Shown piece after piece: positions 27,629 through 36,500 of a stretch of 54,618 bases of DNA. The DNA is taken from positions 1-54,618 of IMG/VR virus record IMGVR_UViG_3300037225_000325, one strand, 5' to 3'. A program made the position numbers and the translations under genes. Origin of the DNA: a virus. Its lineage: Duplodnaviria > Caudoviricetes. The notes under the pieces were generated by a model. That model saw nothing but the letters and a program-made list of their open reading frames with translations. It made no database searches and was not told the DNA's origin. Within the stretch, counting starts at the first letter, position 1. The number at the start of each line of letters is the position of its first letter.

Positions 27629-28307
27629 GATTGACCTCGGATGCCCATAAAGATTGAGTTGGTTTGGATATGGGTTTATCTGCCCGGTTAAGCCAGTTGA
27701 CAGCGGTGCGTCTGGTACAGGTCCGGCTGTTAGTCTTACACCAAGCCTCACACTTGGCTATCTGAAGGTCTATATCGATGCCTTTATAGGCTGGAGACTC
27801 TTTCAACATGCGTAGCCATTCTTCGTCTGTCATCTTTTTCGGTCGTTTTCCGTTCTTCTTTTCAGGGGGAATAATAGGGGGTTTAGAAGATGAAGAAGAA
27901 GAAGAAGAAGAAGAAGGGGCCGTTACATCATGCGTTACATCTGCGTTACATGCCTTGTCTCTGTAACGGTGTATCCTTGCAAGTCCTTGTTTTCTAACCC
28001 TTTCCTCACGTACCATGCGTCTATTTTCTACCGTTACAATTTCGTTTCCTTCATCGTTACAAAACGTTACATCACCTATATTTAGGGCGGAAATTTCGCG
28101 CAATGCTGTTTGTAATTCTTCATGGTGACAGCCAAACATCTGTGCTAATTGTGGAACAGGACCAGTTAATTTACCCCGGTCAGGAGCATCCCACATGCAG
28201 CACAACATTTCGTGCCACACCCCACGGGTAGACATGGATGCCATTTGAACCTGTGTGTCTCGTCTCCAATCGCCGGGGTAGAACTGAAAAGCAGGTGCTT
28301 TGTTCAT
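27615..28307 (-). CDS. Replication initiator (DUF1376/YdaU-like N-terminus)
   Basis: PAFQFYPGDW N-terminus, poly-Ser linker and NWL.RA C-terminus. Upstream of the helicase. Confidence 0.75.
   Translation of the reverse strand: MNKAPAFQFYPGDWRRDTQVQMASMSTRGVWHEMLCCMWDAPDRGKLTGPVPQLAQMFGCHHEELQTALREISALNIGDVTFCNDEGNEIVTVENRRMVREERVRKQGLARIHRYRDKACNADVTHDVTAPSSSSSSSSSSKPPIIPPEKKNGKRPKKMTDEEWLRMLKESPAYKGIDIDLQIAKCEAWCKTNSRTCTRRTAVNWLNRADKPISKPTQSLWASEVNLDNI
27921..28072. repeat. CGTTACA iterons inside the initiator gene (probable origin)
   Basis: CGTTACA occurs three times at 27921-27950, inverted near 27962, and again near 28032, 28055 and 28065. Adjacent to a GAA tract. Confidence 0.55.
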
Positions 28308-28483
28308 AAGATGGACGGGCCTCCCTTTCGCTGTTGCGAGGCAGCTATGGATGAGAGGTTGGTCTCAGCGAGAGGCCCGCCGCTTCTTAACTTACTTTCA
28401 TTTGTGAACATAATTTATCCAAAACGCCTCGCATACCAACAGTGAAACATACCCCGAGGAGCTTGTCAAACTATTTCTTATTA

Positions 28484-28672
28484 TCAGAGGGTTTTAGCTT
28501 GAAGATCAAAAAAATCCTCCTGCCGCCGGCATATGACTACCTTCCCTTCCCTGTCCATGAGGTAATGCCAACTGTGTGAAATAAAACCCCTACTTCCCCC
28601 GCTGGCTTCTATTGTGCAGGCTCTTCCCGTTGTCCTGGTGTACTCTTTGCAATACTCTTCTTGCCACGTCAT
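28484..28672 (-). CDS. Hypothetical protein
   Basis: 62 aa; ATGA-coupled. Confidence 0.5.
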   Translation of the reverse strand: MTWQEEYCKEYTRTTGRACTIEASGGSRGFISHSWHYLMDREGKVVICRRQEDFFDLQAKTL

Positions 28673-29448
28673 CCCTTCCCCTTCATATCCAGACAGTCCT
28701 TGCACGTCACCTCTGACCATATCCCCGTGAGCTTATACGTCTTGGGACATCTTGTCTTGACGCCATCGATCACGCATACCTGAGAATCGCCCCGGTTGCA
28801 GAACGGCCTGCCTTCGATGCCATAGTGGAGCTTTTTCTTATAGTCGTAGTAGGGCAATAGATAGCCTGGATGCCGCTTGAGAAACCTTGGCATCTCTGTT
28901 TTTGTCCTCTTCACCCGGCAGTCATGGCAATACTTTGTTGCTGATGATGTTCTCAAGATAGCCGTGCCACAATCGACACATGGTTGATAAGTGGACGGAT
29001 CTGCCAGCCCTTCAGGTCCGCCCTGGGTTCCGCTGTCTCTTCCTGAAGATCGTGTTGAAGTAACCCCCTCTGAGGGTATGGGCTGGACAACATGATTAGT
29101 CTGGTTTAGGTCATGCGCATCACCCCCCGGTATTGCAACTTTTGATTGCTTCCATATTGCAACTGATTGCAACTTATTCCCGCCCTCCCGGTCGCTCACC
29201 TGTTCGATGCGCATTTTACAGTCGGCGTTATCACCGTCAGGGGCCTTGTCGGCCCACCCCGAACCACGTCTTGGTGACGCAGTGCCCGGTATTGGACGGG
29301 AAATCTTCTTCGTGTGATCGGCGGTCTGGAGCGTCAAGGGGAAGCCGGAGTTGAAGTCCTTGACCAGTTTCCGCCATTGGTCGCTGTCCTTGTCCAGTGA
29401 GCCGAAGGATAGGTTGAGAGATTCGCAATACTGCCTGAAATCGATCAT
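28669..29448 (-). CDS. Hypothetical protein with C-terminal Cys-rich zinc fingers
   Basis: CVDCG...YCHDC and H...C...CKDC motifs. Confidence 0.55.
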   Translation of the reverse strand: MIDFRQYCESLNLSFGSLDKDSDQWRKLVKDFNSGFPLTLQTADHTKKISRPIPGTASPRRGSGWADKAPDGDNADCKMRIEQVSDREGGNKLQSVAIWKQSKVAIPGGDAHDLNQTNHVVQPIPSEGVTSTRSSGRDSGTQGGPEGLADPSTYQPCVDCGTAILRTSSATKYCHDCRVKRTKTEMPRFLKRHPGYLLPYYDYKKKLHYGIEGRPFCNRGDSQVCVIDGVKTRCPKTYKLTGIWSEVTCKDCLDMKGKG

Positions 29449-29642
29449 TTAGGCGCCTTGAACTTGAACGTCAATTCAGGGTATGCTTTCTCATAGGCAT
29501 CTTTCACAGAAGAAGCTATGAACTCAATCCCACACTTCCCCTGTTCTTCGGCTACCCTGAGAGCAAGCTCTTTATCAACCGTGAACTTGACCCCCCGGCG
29601 AAGGTACGACATGAAGGCTTTGGAATAGATTCGAGTTTTCAT
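29445..29642 (-). CDS. Small Cro-like regulator, probably leaderless
   Basis: First gene of the leftward operon; ATG 7 nt after the -10 box; similar to the C-terminus of 30849..31367. Confidence 0.5.
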   Translation of the reverse strand: MKTRIYSKAFMSYLRRGVKFTVDKELALRVAEEQGKCGIEFIASSVKDAYEKAYPELTFKFKAPK

Positions 29643-29649
29643 AATAGGA

Positions 29650-29759
29650 AGCGTACACCATAAGTGAAAGGTTGTCAAGCCCTGAATTGTGTACCCGTCA
29701 AACTTTTTTCAAAAATAGTTCATTTGGTGCTTGACAAGGGTTCACCCGTAGTGTAAGAT
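29650..29759. promoter_or_regulatory. Divergent promoter pair
   Basis: Leftward TTGACA(29678-29673)-17-TACGCT. Rightward TTGACA(29731-29736)-17-TAAGAT, with a GGGTTCACCC near-palindrome in the spacer. Confidence 0.7.
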
Positions 29760-29931
29760 TACCTTAACGATGGAAACAGGAGACACCAAGATGAAATGGC
29801 ATTTGCCCTGGACGACAAATACTTTAAACCACTGGCCCGGGCAACTTAAATCATGCTGCCCATCTCTCAAATCCACACTCTCTCACATCGGCGTATTGCT
29901 CTGTGGGTGGGCGGCAAAAAAGGAGGAAAGA

Positions 29932-30810
29932 ATGGCTACTTTTACGATTATGCACCTATTCAATGATTCAGTCCTGTTTGAGATTGAGGCCGATAGTTTC
30001 ATAAAAGCCGTTGAAGCGGCGCTTAAAGCACGTGCCGACCTTCAGGGTGCCAACCTTCGGGGTGCCAACCTTCGGGGTGCCAACCTTCGGGGTGCCGTCC
30101 TTCGGGATGCCAACCTTCAGGGTGCCGACCTTCAGGGTGCCGTCCTTTGGGGTGCCAACCTTCAGGATGCCAACCTTCGGGGTGCCGACCTTCGGGGTGC
30201 CAACCTTCGGGGTGCCGACCTTCGGGGTGCCGTCCTTCGGGATGCCAACCTTCAGGATGCCAACCTTCAGGGTGCCGACCTTCGGGGTGCCAACCTTTGG
30301 GGTGCCAACCTTCGGGGTGCCAACCTTCGGGGTGCCGACCTTCAGGGTGCCGACCTTCAGGGTGCCAACCTTTGGGGTGCCAACCTTCGGGATGCCAACC
30401 TTCAGGATGCCAACCTTCAGGGGGCCGACCTTCGGGGTGCCGACCTTCAGGGTGCCAACCTTCGGGGTGCCAACCTTCGGGGTGCCAACCTTCGGGGTGC
30501 CAACCTTCGGGGTGCCGACCTTCGGGATTTTCTCAGCACTAATTCCGTCCAAACAGTACTTACTATCACCGATTGGGGGCAACTGCCCGATGATCTTACC
30601 CTCGAACTAATGCGCCACGATGCCGAATCGTGCGGGGAAGAGGCAATGACTGTATGGGCCAAGGGCGGGGCCTGCCCGTTTAATAACAGTGTCCGTGATT
30701 ATAAATTCACCGAGAGCCACGCCCTATGGCAACCAGGTCCGCCCACGATGAGAGGCCGCAAGTTGCTTGAAGCGCTTTGGGTCAGCAAAGGAGGCCGCAT
30801 ATGGGATTGA
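29932..30810 (+). CDS. Pentapeptide-repeat protein
   Basis: 33 A(D/N/V)L(R/Q/W)(G/D) repeats; RBS AAGGAGG before MATFTI. Confidence 0.9.
   Translation: MATFTIMHLFNDSVLFEIEADSFIKAVEAALKARADLQGANLRGANLRGANLRGAVLRDANLQGADLQGAVLWGANLQDANLRGADLRGANLRGADLRGAVLRDANLQDANLQGADLRGANLWGANLRGANLRGADLQGADLQGANLWGANLRDANLQDANLQGADLRGADLQGANLRGANLRGANLRGANLRGADLRDFLSTNSVQTVLTITDWGQLPDDLTLELMRHDAESCGEEAMTVWAKGGACPFNNSVRDYKFTESHALWQPGPPTMRGRKLLEALWVSKGGRIWD
30031..30525 (+). repeat. 15-bp tandem repeat x33 (ggtgccaaccttcgg variants)
   Basis: Directly visible in the sequence. Confidence 0.95.
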
Positions 30811-30848
30811 GTACGGCAAGCCGACAACTCATTACGGAAGGAACAATA

Positions 30849-31367
30849 GTGAGTGGCAAAGAAAAAGTTTTCATGGACGAGATAGCAGACAACAAAAAGA
30901 GGTATGTCTACCACCCCTGTACCTTCTACTTTCTCGGCGGAAGTAAGTACACGCCCGACTTCTTCTGCATCGAGGATCGGGAATACATTGAAGTCGTAGG
31001 ATCAAGACAGGCATTTCATTACAATAAAGAGAAATATATCAAAATGGGAGAAGAATACCCCGACATGAAATTTACCATCATCAACCTAAGCGATGACGAG
31101 TACACGTATGCCACAAATCCAGCTAAGGGAAATCATAAGGGCCCGTCAAGGATTTGGGCGGAAGAGACGTCGGTAAAAATGGGGATTTCTTATACAACAA
31201 TTCTTACCTACTTACGCGGAAAAGGAAAGATTTACACGGCCATGTTCCCTTTAGCAGAGGCATTGGCGGCCTTTTCTGGGCTAAAACCAACAGACTATAT
31301 ACATCCCTCAAAACGCATAATATACGAGATATCAAAGGAGACCCTAATGCCCGAGGCCACCCCATGA
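30849..31367 (+). CDS. PD-(D/E)xK nuclease-like domain plus HTH
   Basis: YTPDFF...YIEVVG motif; C-terminal MGISYTTILTYLRG HTH. Start position uncertain. Confidence 0.6.
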   Translation: MSGKEKVFMDEIADNKKRYVYHPCTFYFLGGSKYTPDFFCIEDREYIEVVGSRQAFHYNKEKYIKMGEEYPDMKFTIINLSDDEYTYATNPAKGNHKGPSRIWAEETSVKMGISYTTILTYLRGKGKIYTAMFPLAEALAAFSGLKPTDYIHPSKRIIYEISKETLMPEATP

Positions 31368-31433
31368 GACACGCTTTCAAATCGGCTCGCGGCTCAGGTG
31401 GTGGGGGGTGGCACAAAAAAGGAGGAGAGAAAT

Positions 31434-32357
31434 ATGTGTGAGTTCGTCTCGTTTATCGAATACAAAGATGATGTCTGGTTCCTCACAAACGATTGTCTCA
31501 GAACCAAGGAAGGGAAGGCTCTTCGGAAGTATCTCGGAGATCAATTTACCAACGACATTAGGGGGCATGGAGCTATCCGGCGCTACTACGGCATACCAAA
31601 GGATAAGGGGGTGAATGAGGAAATCACCCGTTTTGATACGCCCAATACGTTTCCCCCCAAGATCGTTGAGGCCATCAAAGATGGAGCGTTTTCCATGATT
31701 TCCCCGCTTCCTATGGGTATTTTGAGGCAGCCCCTCTATGCTGACTACTATGCCAAACGGCAGCTCCTCGATGCTGACTATAATGCCAAACGGCAGCTCC
31801 TCGATGCTGACCGCTATGCCAAACGGCAGCTCCTCTATGCTGACCGCTATGCCAAACGGCAGCCCCTCGATGCTGACTATAATGCCAAACGGCAGCCCCT
31901 CGATGCTGACTATAATGCCAAACGGCAGCTCCTCGATGCTGACTATGATGCCAAACGGCAGCCCCTCGATGCTGACTATGATGCCAAACGGCAGCTCATC
32001 GATGCTGACTACTATGCCAAACGGCAGCCCCTCTATGCTGACTACTATGCCAAACGGCAGCCCCTCGATGCTGACTATGATGCCAAACGGCAGCCCCTCG
32101 ATGCTGACCGCTATGCCAAACGGCAGCTCCTCGATGCTGACTATAATGCCAAACGGCAGCCCCTCGATGCTGACTATAATGCCAAACGGCAGCTCCTCGA
32201 TGCTGACTACTATGCCAAACGGCAGCTCCTCGATGCTGACCGCTATGCCAAACGGCAGCTCCTCGATGCTGACTACTATGCCAAGCTGAAGCCCCTCGAT
32301 GTGGCAACATGGAAATTGATAGCCGATAGGGAGAATAGGATTGAGGTATGGCAATGA
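31434..32357 (+). CDS. 11-residue (hendecad) repeat protein
   Basis: 17 copies of RQ(P/L)(L/I)(D/Y)AD(Y/R)(Y/N/D)AK after an MCEFVS...HGAI N-terminal domain. Confidence 0.85.
   Translation: MCEFVSFIEYKDDVWFLTNDCLRTKEGKALRKYLGDQFTNDIRGHGAIRRYYGIPKDKGVNEEITRFDTPNTFPPKIVEAIKDGAFSMISPLPMGILRQPLYADYYAKRQLLDADYNAKRQLLDADRYAKRQLLYADRYAKRQPLDADYNAKRQPLDADYNAKRQLLDADYDAKRQPLDADYDAKRQLIDADYYAKRQPLYADYYAKRQPLDADYDAKRQPLDADRYAKRQLLDADYNAKRQPLDADYNAKRQLLDADYYAKRQLLDADRYAKRQLLDADYYAKLKPLDVATWKLIADRENRIEVWQ
31725..32285 (+). repeat. 33-bp tandem repeat x17
   Basis: Variants of cggcagctcctcgatgctgactataatgccaaa. Confidence 0.95.
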
Positions 32358-32533
32358 ACAATGACTGGACTTCCGAACTCGCCCGGATGAAGACGGAGAA
32401 TGAGAAGTACAGGACGATGCTTGAGCGGATAGCGAGGTGGGGCAGCCCCATCTATGGACCACGGGACTATACCTCCCAGGATGCCCAGGACATGAGGAGA
32501 TGGGCCATAAAAGCCATGGAGGTTAAACCATGA
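32354..32533 (+). CDS. Hypothetical protein
   Basis: ATGA-coupled small ORF. Confidence 0.5.
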   Translation: MNNDWTSELARMKTENEKYRTMLERIARWGSPIYGPRDYTSQDAQDMRRWAIKAMEVKP

Positions 32534-32808
32534 CACCACAAGCCAACATCATAATCCTTGCTGCGATCTTTGGAATTGCCTGGGCGATTTATCGCCACGT
32601 AACCAGGCCCCGCTCCACTTCCCCGACGAGTGCCTGGGGGTATCGGCCAAACTGTATTGGGAAGCCAGATAGCCCCGTCGATACCCTCTCGCCCTGTTGG
32701 ATGTTCAAGAGGTTGAGGGAGGCGGGGTATACGCCAAAAACAACGACTGTTTCCATTCATTATGTGGCGTCCATGCCCAAAAGAAAACCGAAGGAGGTAT
32801 TCCCATGA
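32530..32808 (+). CDS. Small membrane-anchored protein
   Basis: N-terminal TM segment IIILAAIFGIAWAIY; RBS GGAGG. Confidence 0.55.
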   Translation: MTPQANIIILAAIFGIAWAIYRHVTRPRSTSPTSAWGYRPNCIGKPDSPVDTLSPCWMFKRLREAGYTPKTTTVSIHYVASMPKRKPKEVFP

Positions 32809-33125
32809 ACGATGCAGACTTTGACCTTTTAAACCGTCTGGATAAGCTGGCGCGGGACTTTACAGCCCTTTACTCTGACCACATATTCGGCGTAGATAAA
32901 AACAGGGTGCATTTGTCCCCTGAGTGCTTCAAGCGGCTATTTGCTGACAGGCTTGATATTGAATGGGGGATATGCGGGAGTAGTTACGAGGCATCTGTCA
33001 CCATCAACGGTATCAGGTTCCATGCCCTTATGGCCCCTATCTATAAAGAACTTTCCGACGAGACGAAGGCCCAGATGATGGGAAGGCCCGTCTTCGTCGA
33101 GGGACTTGGGGAAGTGGTGCTATGA
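32805..33125 (+). CDS. Hypothetical protein
   Basis: RBS AAGGAGG before MNDADF. Confidence 0.55.
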   Translation: MNDADFDLLNRLDKLARDFTALYSDHIFGVDKNRVHLSPECFKRLFADRLDIEWGICGSSYEASVTINGIRFHALMAPIYKELSDETKAQMMGRPVFVEGLGEVVL

Positions 33126-33346
33126 TTCTCCGTGATGATTTAGGCGAGGCTGAGGACCACACCCCTACACTTACCCTTAAGCGTGAGGAGAAAACGACCC
33201 AGAAGGGCGACAGCGACGAGGTAGACTGGCAAGACAGGGTAGAGAGGCAGAAGGAGACTACCGACATGCAGAATAAGTGGTACTGCCCTCGGTGCAGGCG
33301 GTGGCATCGGGATTATGATTGCAGTTTTTGCAATGGCAACGACTAA
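33122..33346 (+). CDS. Small zinc-ribbon protein
   Basis: CPRC...CSFC. Confidence 0.5.
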   Translation: MILRDDLGEAEDHTPTLTLKREEKTTQKGDSDEVDWQDRVERQKETTDMQNKWYCPRCRRWHRDYDCSFCNGND

Positions 33347-33356
33347 GGAGGAGAAG

Positions 33357-34292
33357 ATGGAAGAGATAGCAAGGTATGACGCACAGCATGGTGTAGTTAA
33401 TTTCGAGGATTATGCCATGAACACGGCCAGCTTGGTTAAGCAGGTCAAATTGATTCAGGACGTGATGGCCCAGGTAATGAAGGACGGGGAACACTACGGG
33501 AAAATCCCAGGCACCAACAAGCCCACCCTTCTGAAGCCTGGAGCGGAAAAGCTCTGTATGGTCTTCAGGCTCGAACCTGACTACGCGATCATCAGGGAGT
33601 TTAGGGAGGACACCTTTATTGCCTACACGGTGAAATGCACCCTGAAGCATATCCCCACGGGGCAGTCGATAGCTTCGGGTGTCGGCTCCTGCAACAGCCG
33701 TGAAGAAAAGTACCGCTGGCGGTATCAGGAAGATGCAACTGATAAGCAGGTTCCGAAGGAATACTGGGCCGCTCGGACTGCTGGCGACACCAAGGAAATG
33801 AAGCGTCTGATAGGTGAAGGGATGAGGACCGTAAAGGTCGAGGGCGTGTGGTGGATCGCCAATGCCACTAAGGTTGCGAATGACAACCCGTGGGACCTGG
33901 ATAACACCATTATGAAAATGGCTTGTAAGCGGGCCCTGGTTGCAGCCACCCTGAACGCTACGGCAGCATCGGACATCTTTACTCAGGATGTCGAGGACAT
34001 GCCGAGTGACTTAGTGGGCCACCAGAATGGGGATATGAAGAGCAAAGAACCCGTGAAGCAACCGCAGGCAAAGTCATCCACTGACGGCAATTCTACCCGC
34101 CTCTCTGAAGCCCAGATGAGGAAGATTCAAGTCGAGTTTTCCCGCCTGAAGGTGGCCGAGGCCGACAAGCATAAATGGGTCTGTGATGCCCTTGGACTCC
34201 CAGCCCTTGAGAGCATGAAGGATTTGACCGTGGCCCAGGCCATAAGCCTGATTGACACTATGACGAAGATGGAGGCCCCGAAAGGTGAATAG
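33357..34292 (+). CDS. Putative single-strand annealing/recombination protein
   Basis: HYGKIPGTNKPTLLKPGAEKL...KMACKRALVAA...SDIFTQDVED motifs; adjacent to an exonuclease-like gene. Confidence 0.65.
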   Translation: MEEIARYDAQHGVVNFEDYAMNTASLVKQVKLIQDVMAQVMKDGEHYGKIPGTNKPTLLKPGAEKLCMVFRLEPDYAIIREFREDTFIAYTVKCTLKHIPTGQSIASGVGSCNSREEKYRWRYQEDATDKQVPKEYWAARTAGDTKEMKRLIGEGMRTVKVEGVWWIANATKVANDNPWDLDNTIMKMACKRALVAATLNATAASDIFTQDVEDMPSDLVGHQNGDMKSKEPVKQPQAKSSTDGNSTRLSEAQMRKIQVEFSRLKVAEADKHKWVCDALGLPALESMKDLTVAQAISLIDTMTKMEAPKGE

Positions 34293-34896
34293 CCCCTACT
34301 CCTTCGACCCAGAAGGACACATTCACCGCCTGAATGGTCACATCGTCCCAGGCGCCACCACGCTCCTACATGATGAGAATTTCGTCGATGACCGATGGTT
34401 TACCACTTGGGGCCGAGACAAGGGAACCGCCTTTCACCGGGCCAAGCAACTTTACAATATGAATGACCTTGACTGGGATAGCGTAGACCTACAGATCGAA
34501 GGCTACTTGAGGGCATATATCAAATGGCTTGAGGAATCCCGGTTCAAGGTCGTCCACTGTGAGGAGCCGGTCTGGTCCCTGATATGGGGCTTTGCGGCCA
34601 TCCCTGACGATGTGGGCTACTTTCCCAATGATTCAGTAATAAGTATCGTTGAGGACAAGACGTGGTCCGTGCAGCCATGGGTGAGGCTACAGACGGCCCT
34701 GTGTCAGATAGGTCTGCAAGAGGTCCACCCTGAGTATACGAGGGTGAAGCGGTACGGGTTGGAATTGAGGGAGAACGGGACGTATTCGATGCCAGAAGAA
34801 TATCGGGACCGGAGCGACATAGGCGTTGCGCAGGCGTTGGTGACGGTTCACAAGTGGAAAGCAAATAATCTCAAGAATGGAGGAAGACATGAGTAG
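34285..34896 (+). CDS. PD-(D/E)xK (Cas4/RecB-like) phage exonuclease
   Basis: GTAFH...E...PD...EDKT...LQTA motifs. Confidence 0.65.
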   Translation: MNSPYSFDPEGHIHRLNGHIVPGATTLLHDENFVDDRWFTTWGRDKGTAFHRAKQLYNMNDLDWDSVDLQIEGYLRAYIKWLEESRFKVVHCEEPVWSLIWGFAAIPDDVGYFPNDSVISIVEDKTWSVQPWVRLQTALCQIGLQEVHPEYTRVKRYGLELRENGTYSMPEEYRDRSDIGVAQALVTVHKWKANNLKNGGRHE

Positions 34897-35074
34897 GTTC
34901 ATAGCATCCGCACAACAGGATAGGGACTTCGCATTATCAATTATGCCCGATGTCCTAGAGGACGCCGTTGACTGGATAAGCGGCAATCTAATCCCGGAAG
35001 AGGTTTTCTCGGAAAAAGACCTTGACGATTGGGCCATTTCTTACGGCTACACAAAGGAGGAGCGACATGAGTGA
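34889..35074 (+). CDS. Small acidic protein
   Basis: RBS GGAGG; LEDAVDWI..NL.PEEVF...L..WA...GY motif. Confidence 0.6.
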   Translation: MSRFIASAQQDRDFALSIMPDVLEDAVDWISGNLIPEEVFSEKDLDDWAISYGYTKEERHE

Positions 35075-35732
35075 AGCAGCATTGCAGTTGATCGAGACGC
35101 AAGAGGTAGAATCGAAAGCGCTAGCAATCCCTGAACAAGCCAAGGCTATCAAGATCGTGGACGCCGTGACCTATGTCCAGGCCGGGGAGACGTTGAAGGT
35201 TATCAAGGGTATCCGCAAGGAGATTGACGCTACTTTTGACCCGATTATCGAGGCCGCGCACCAGGCCCACAAGATCGCTATTGATAAGAAGAAGAAGGCC
35301 GATGCCCCCTTGGTGGAAGCAGAGAATTACCTGAAGCCTGCTATCTTTGCCTATGCCGTAGAACAGGAGCGCAAGAGGAAGGCCGAAGATGGCCGCTTGT
35401 GGAAGATTGCCCGGAAAGAGGAAGAGGATAGGCGCATGGCCGAAGCCCTATCAGCCGAGGCAGAAGGCAACCATGAGGAAGCTGAAGAGATTATACAGGC
35501 TCCTGTCTATGTTCCCCCCGTGGTGGTAGAGAAGCAGACACCGACAGTATCCGGCGTGTCGATGGTCACCACGTGGAAGTTCCGCATCGTGGACGAACTT
35601 AAAGTACCCCGTGGATACCTCAAGGTTGATGAGATCAAGATAGGGGGCGTAGTCCGGGCCATGAAGGGAGCCACGAGCATAAGTGGTGTGGAAGCGTATC
35701 CAGAGACAGGGGTTAGGAGCGGATCAAGATAA
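35067..35732 (+). CDS. Coiled-coil phage protein of the recombination module
   Basis: Long coiled coil plus C-terminal WKFRIVD..KVPR.YL..DE.KI..VVR..KG...I.GV motif. Confidence 0.65.
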   Translation: MSEAALQLIETQEVESKALAIPEQAKAIKIVDAVTYVQAGETLKVIKGIRKEIDATFDPIIEAAHQAHKIAIDKKKKADAPLVEAENYLKPAIFAYAVEQERKRKAEDGRLWKIARKEEEDRRMAEALSAEAEGNHEEAEEIIQAPVYVPPVVVEKQTPTVSGVSMVTTWKFRIVDELKVPRGYLKVDEIKIGGVVRAMKGATSISGVEAYPETGVRSGSR

Positions 35733-35743
35733 AGGAGGCCCAC

Positions 35744-36013
35744 TTGAAACACATCACATCCGAGCTTTTACAGGAATTGCCGGCTGATGGTAATTCGACA
35801 CTTCCGGATTCTGCCCCGAAGAAAGGCCACAAGAAGCCCTATATCCTGTTCCCCGCGGATGACCCTACCAACGGGATCGAACAACCCGCCCTCGGCTCCC
35901 GGTGCGAGTCCTGCGATACCGCCACATGGGTAAGCGGCCTCTTCATGGGCTGCAAGTTGCCGGCGGACCAGAAGTGCAAGGATCTGGAGAATCAGCCTCA
36001 CCAAGGGGCATAA
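35744..36013 (+). CDS. Hypothetical Cys-containing protein
   Basis: RBS AAAGGAGG; TTG start. Confidence 0.45.
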   Translation: MKHITSELLQELPADGNSTLPDSAPKKGHKKPYILFPADDPTNGIEQPALGSRCESCDTATWVSGLFMGCKLPADQKCKDLENQPHQGA

Positions 36014-36026
36014 AAAGGAGGACGTT

Positions 36027-36479
36027 ATGTCACAGTATTATGTAGGAGTAAAGATCGTGTTTGCCTGGTCGGAAGTGAAGGATGGTAAAGAAGGGTATGC
36101 CGTCAAGTATCCCGATGGCTATACCTCGTGGTCTCCAAAGGACGTTTTTGAATCGGCTTATCTTCCCATGGGTGATGGTAACGATAACTCCGTCACTCAG
36201 GCCATGGTGGACCTGTTCACGGGCAAGGAGTACGTTGCGAGGGATGAGGATGACGGGAAGACAACCGTAGTCCAGTGCAAACTGGCTTCTGGCTTCATGG
36301 AGTACGGGGTAAGCTCCTGTGTTGACCCAAAGAATTACGACTCCATTATTGGGTCAGAACTGGCCCTCAAGAGGATCAAGGATGTTGTCTGGAAGTGCCT
36401 CGGTTTCGTGGTCCAGTGGGGCAAATTCGGCATCAATACAAACATAGGATTGAACGCAAAAGCCCGTAACGAGGGTTAA
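36027..36479 (+). CDS. Phage gp49/gp66-family protein (Acb4-like nucleotide-sponge candidate) with an N-terminal GY.SWSPK domain
   Basis: YVGVKIV.A...GY.V.YPDGY.SWSPKDVFE.AY, then L.SGF...G.SSCVDP.NYD..IG...A...I...VW...GF. Confidence 0.65.
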   Translation: MSQYYVGVKIVFAWSEVKDGKEGYAVKYPDGYTSWSPKDVFESAYLPMGDGNDNSVTQAMVDLFTGKEYVARDEDDGKTTVVQCKLASGFMEYGVSSCVDPKNYDSIIGSELALKRIKDVVWKCLGFVVQWGKFGINTNIGLNAKARNEG

Positions 36480-36500
36480 GACCCTCAATAATAAGGCTGT

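Noticed and set aside
29968-30610. Alternative-frame and antisense repeat ORFs (VPTFG, GCQPS, KVGTP)
   Set aside because: By-products of a stop-free 15-bp repeat; only the A(D/N)LxG frame has an RBS and matches a known fold.
31725-32285. 33-bp periodic repeat as a CRISPR array
   Set aside because: Units are contiguous with no unique spacers and keep an open reading frame; it is a coding tandem repeat.
31377-32462. Antisense 361-aa ORF and the MLTTMPNGSSS-frame ORF
   Set aside because: Shadows of the 33-bp repeat gene.
34285-34896. Cas4 as part of a CRISPR system
   Set aside because: No Fe-S cysteine cluster and no other cas genes; its context is the SSAP recombination module.
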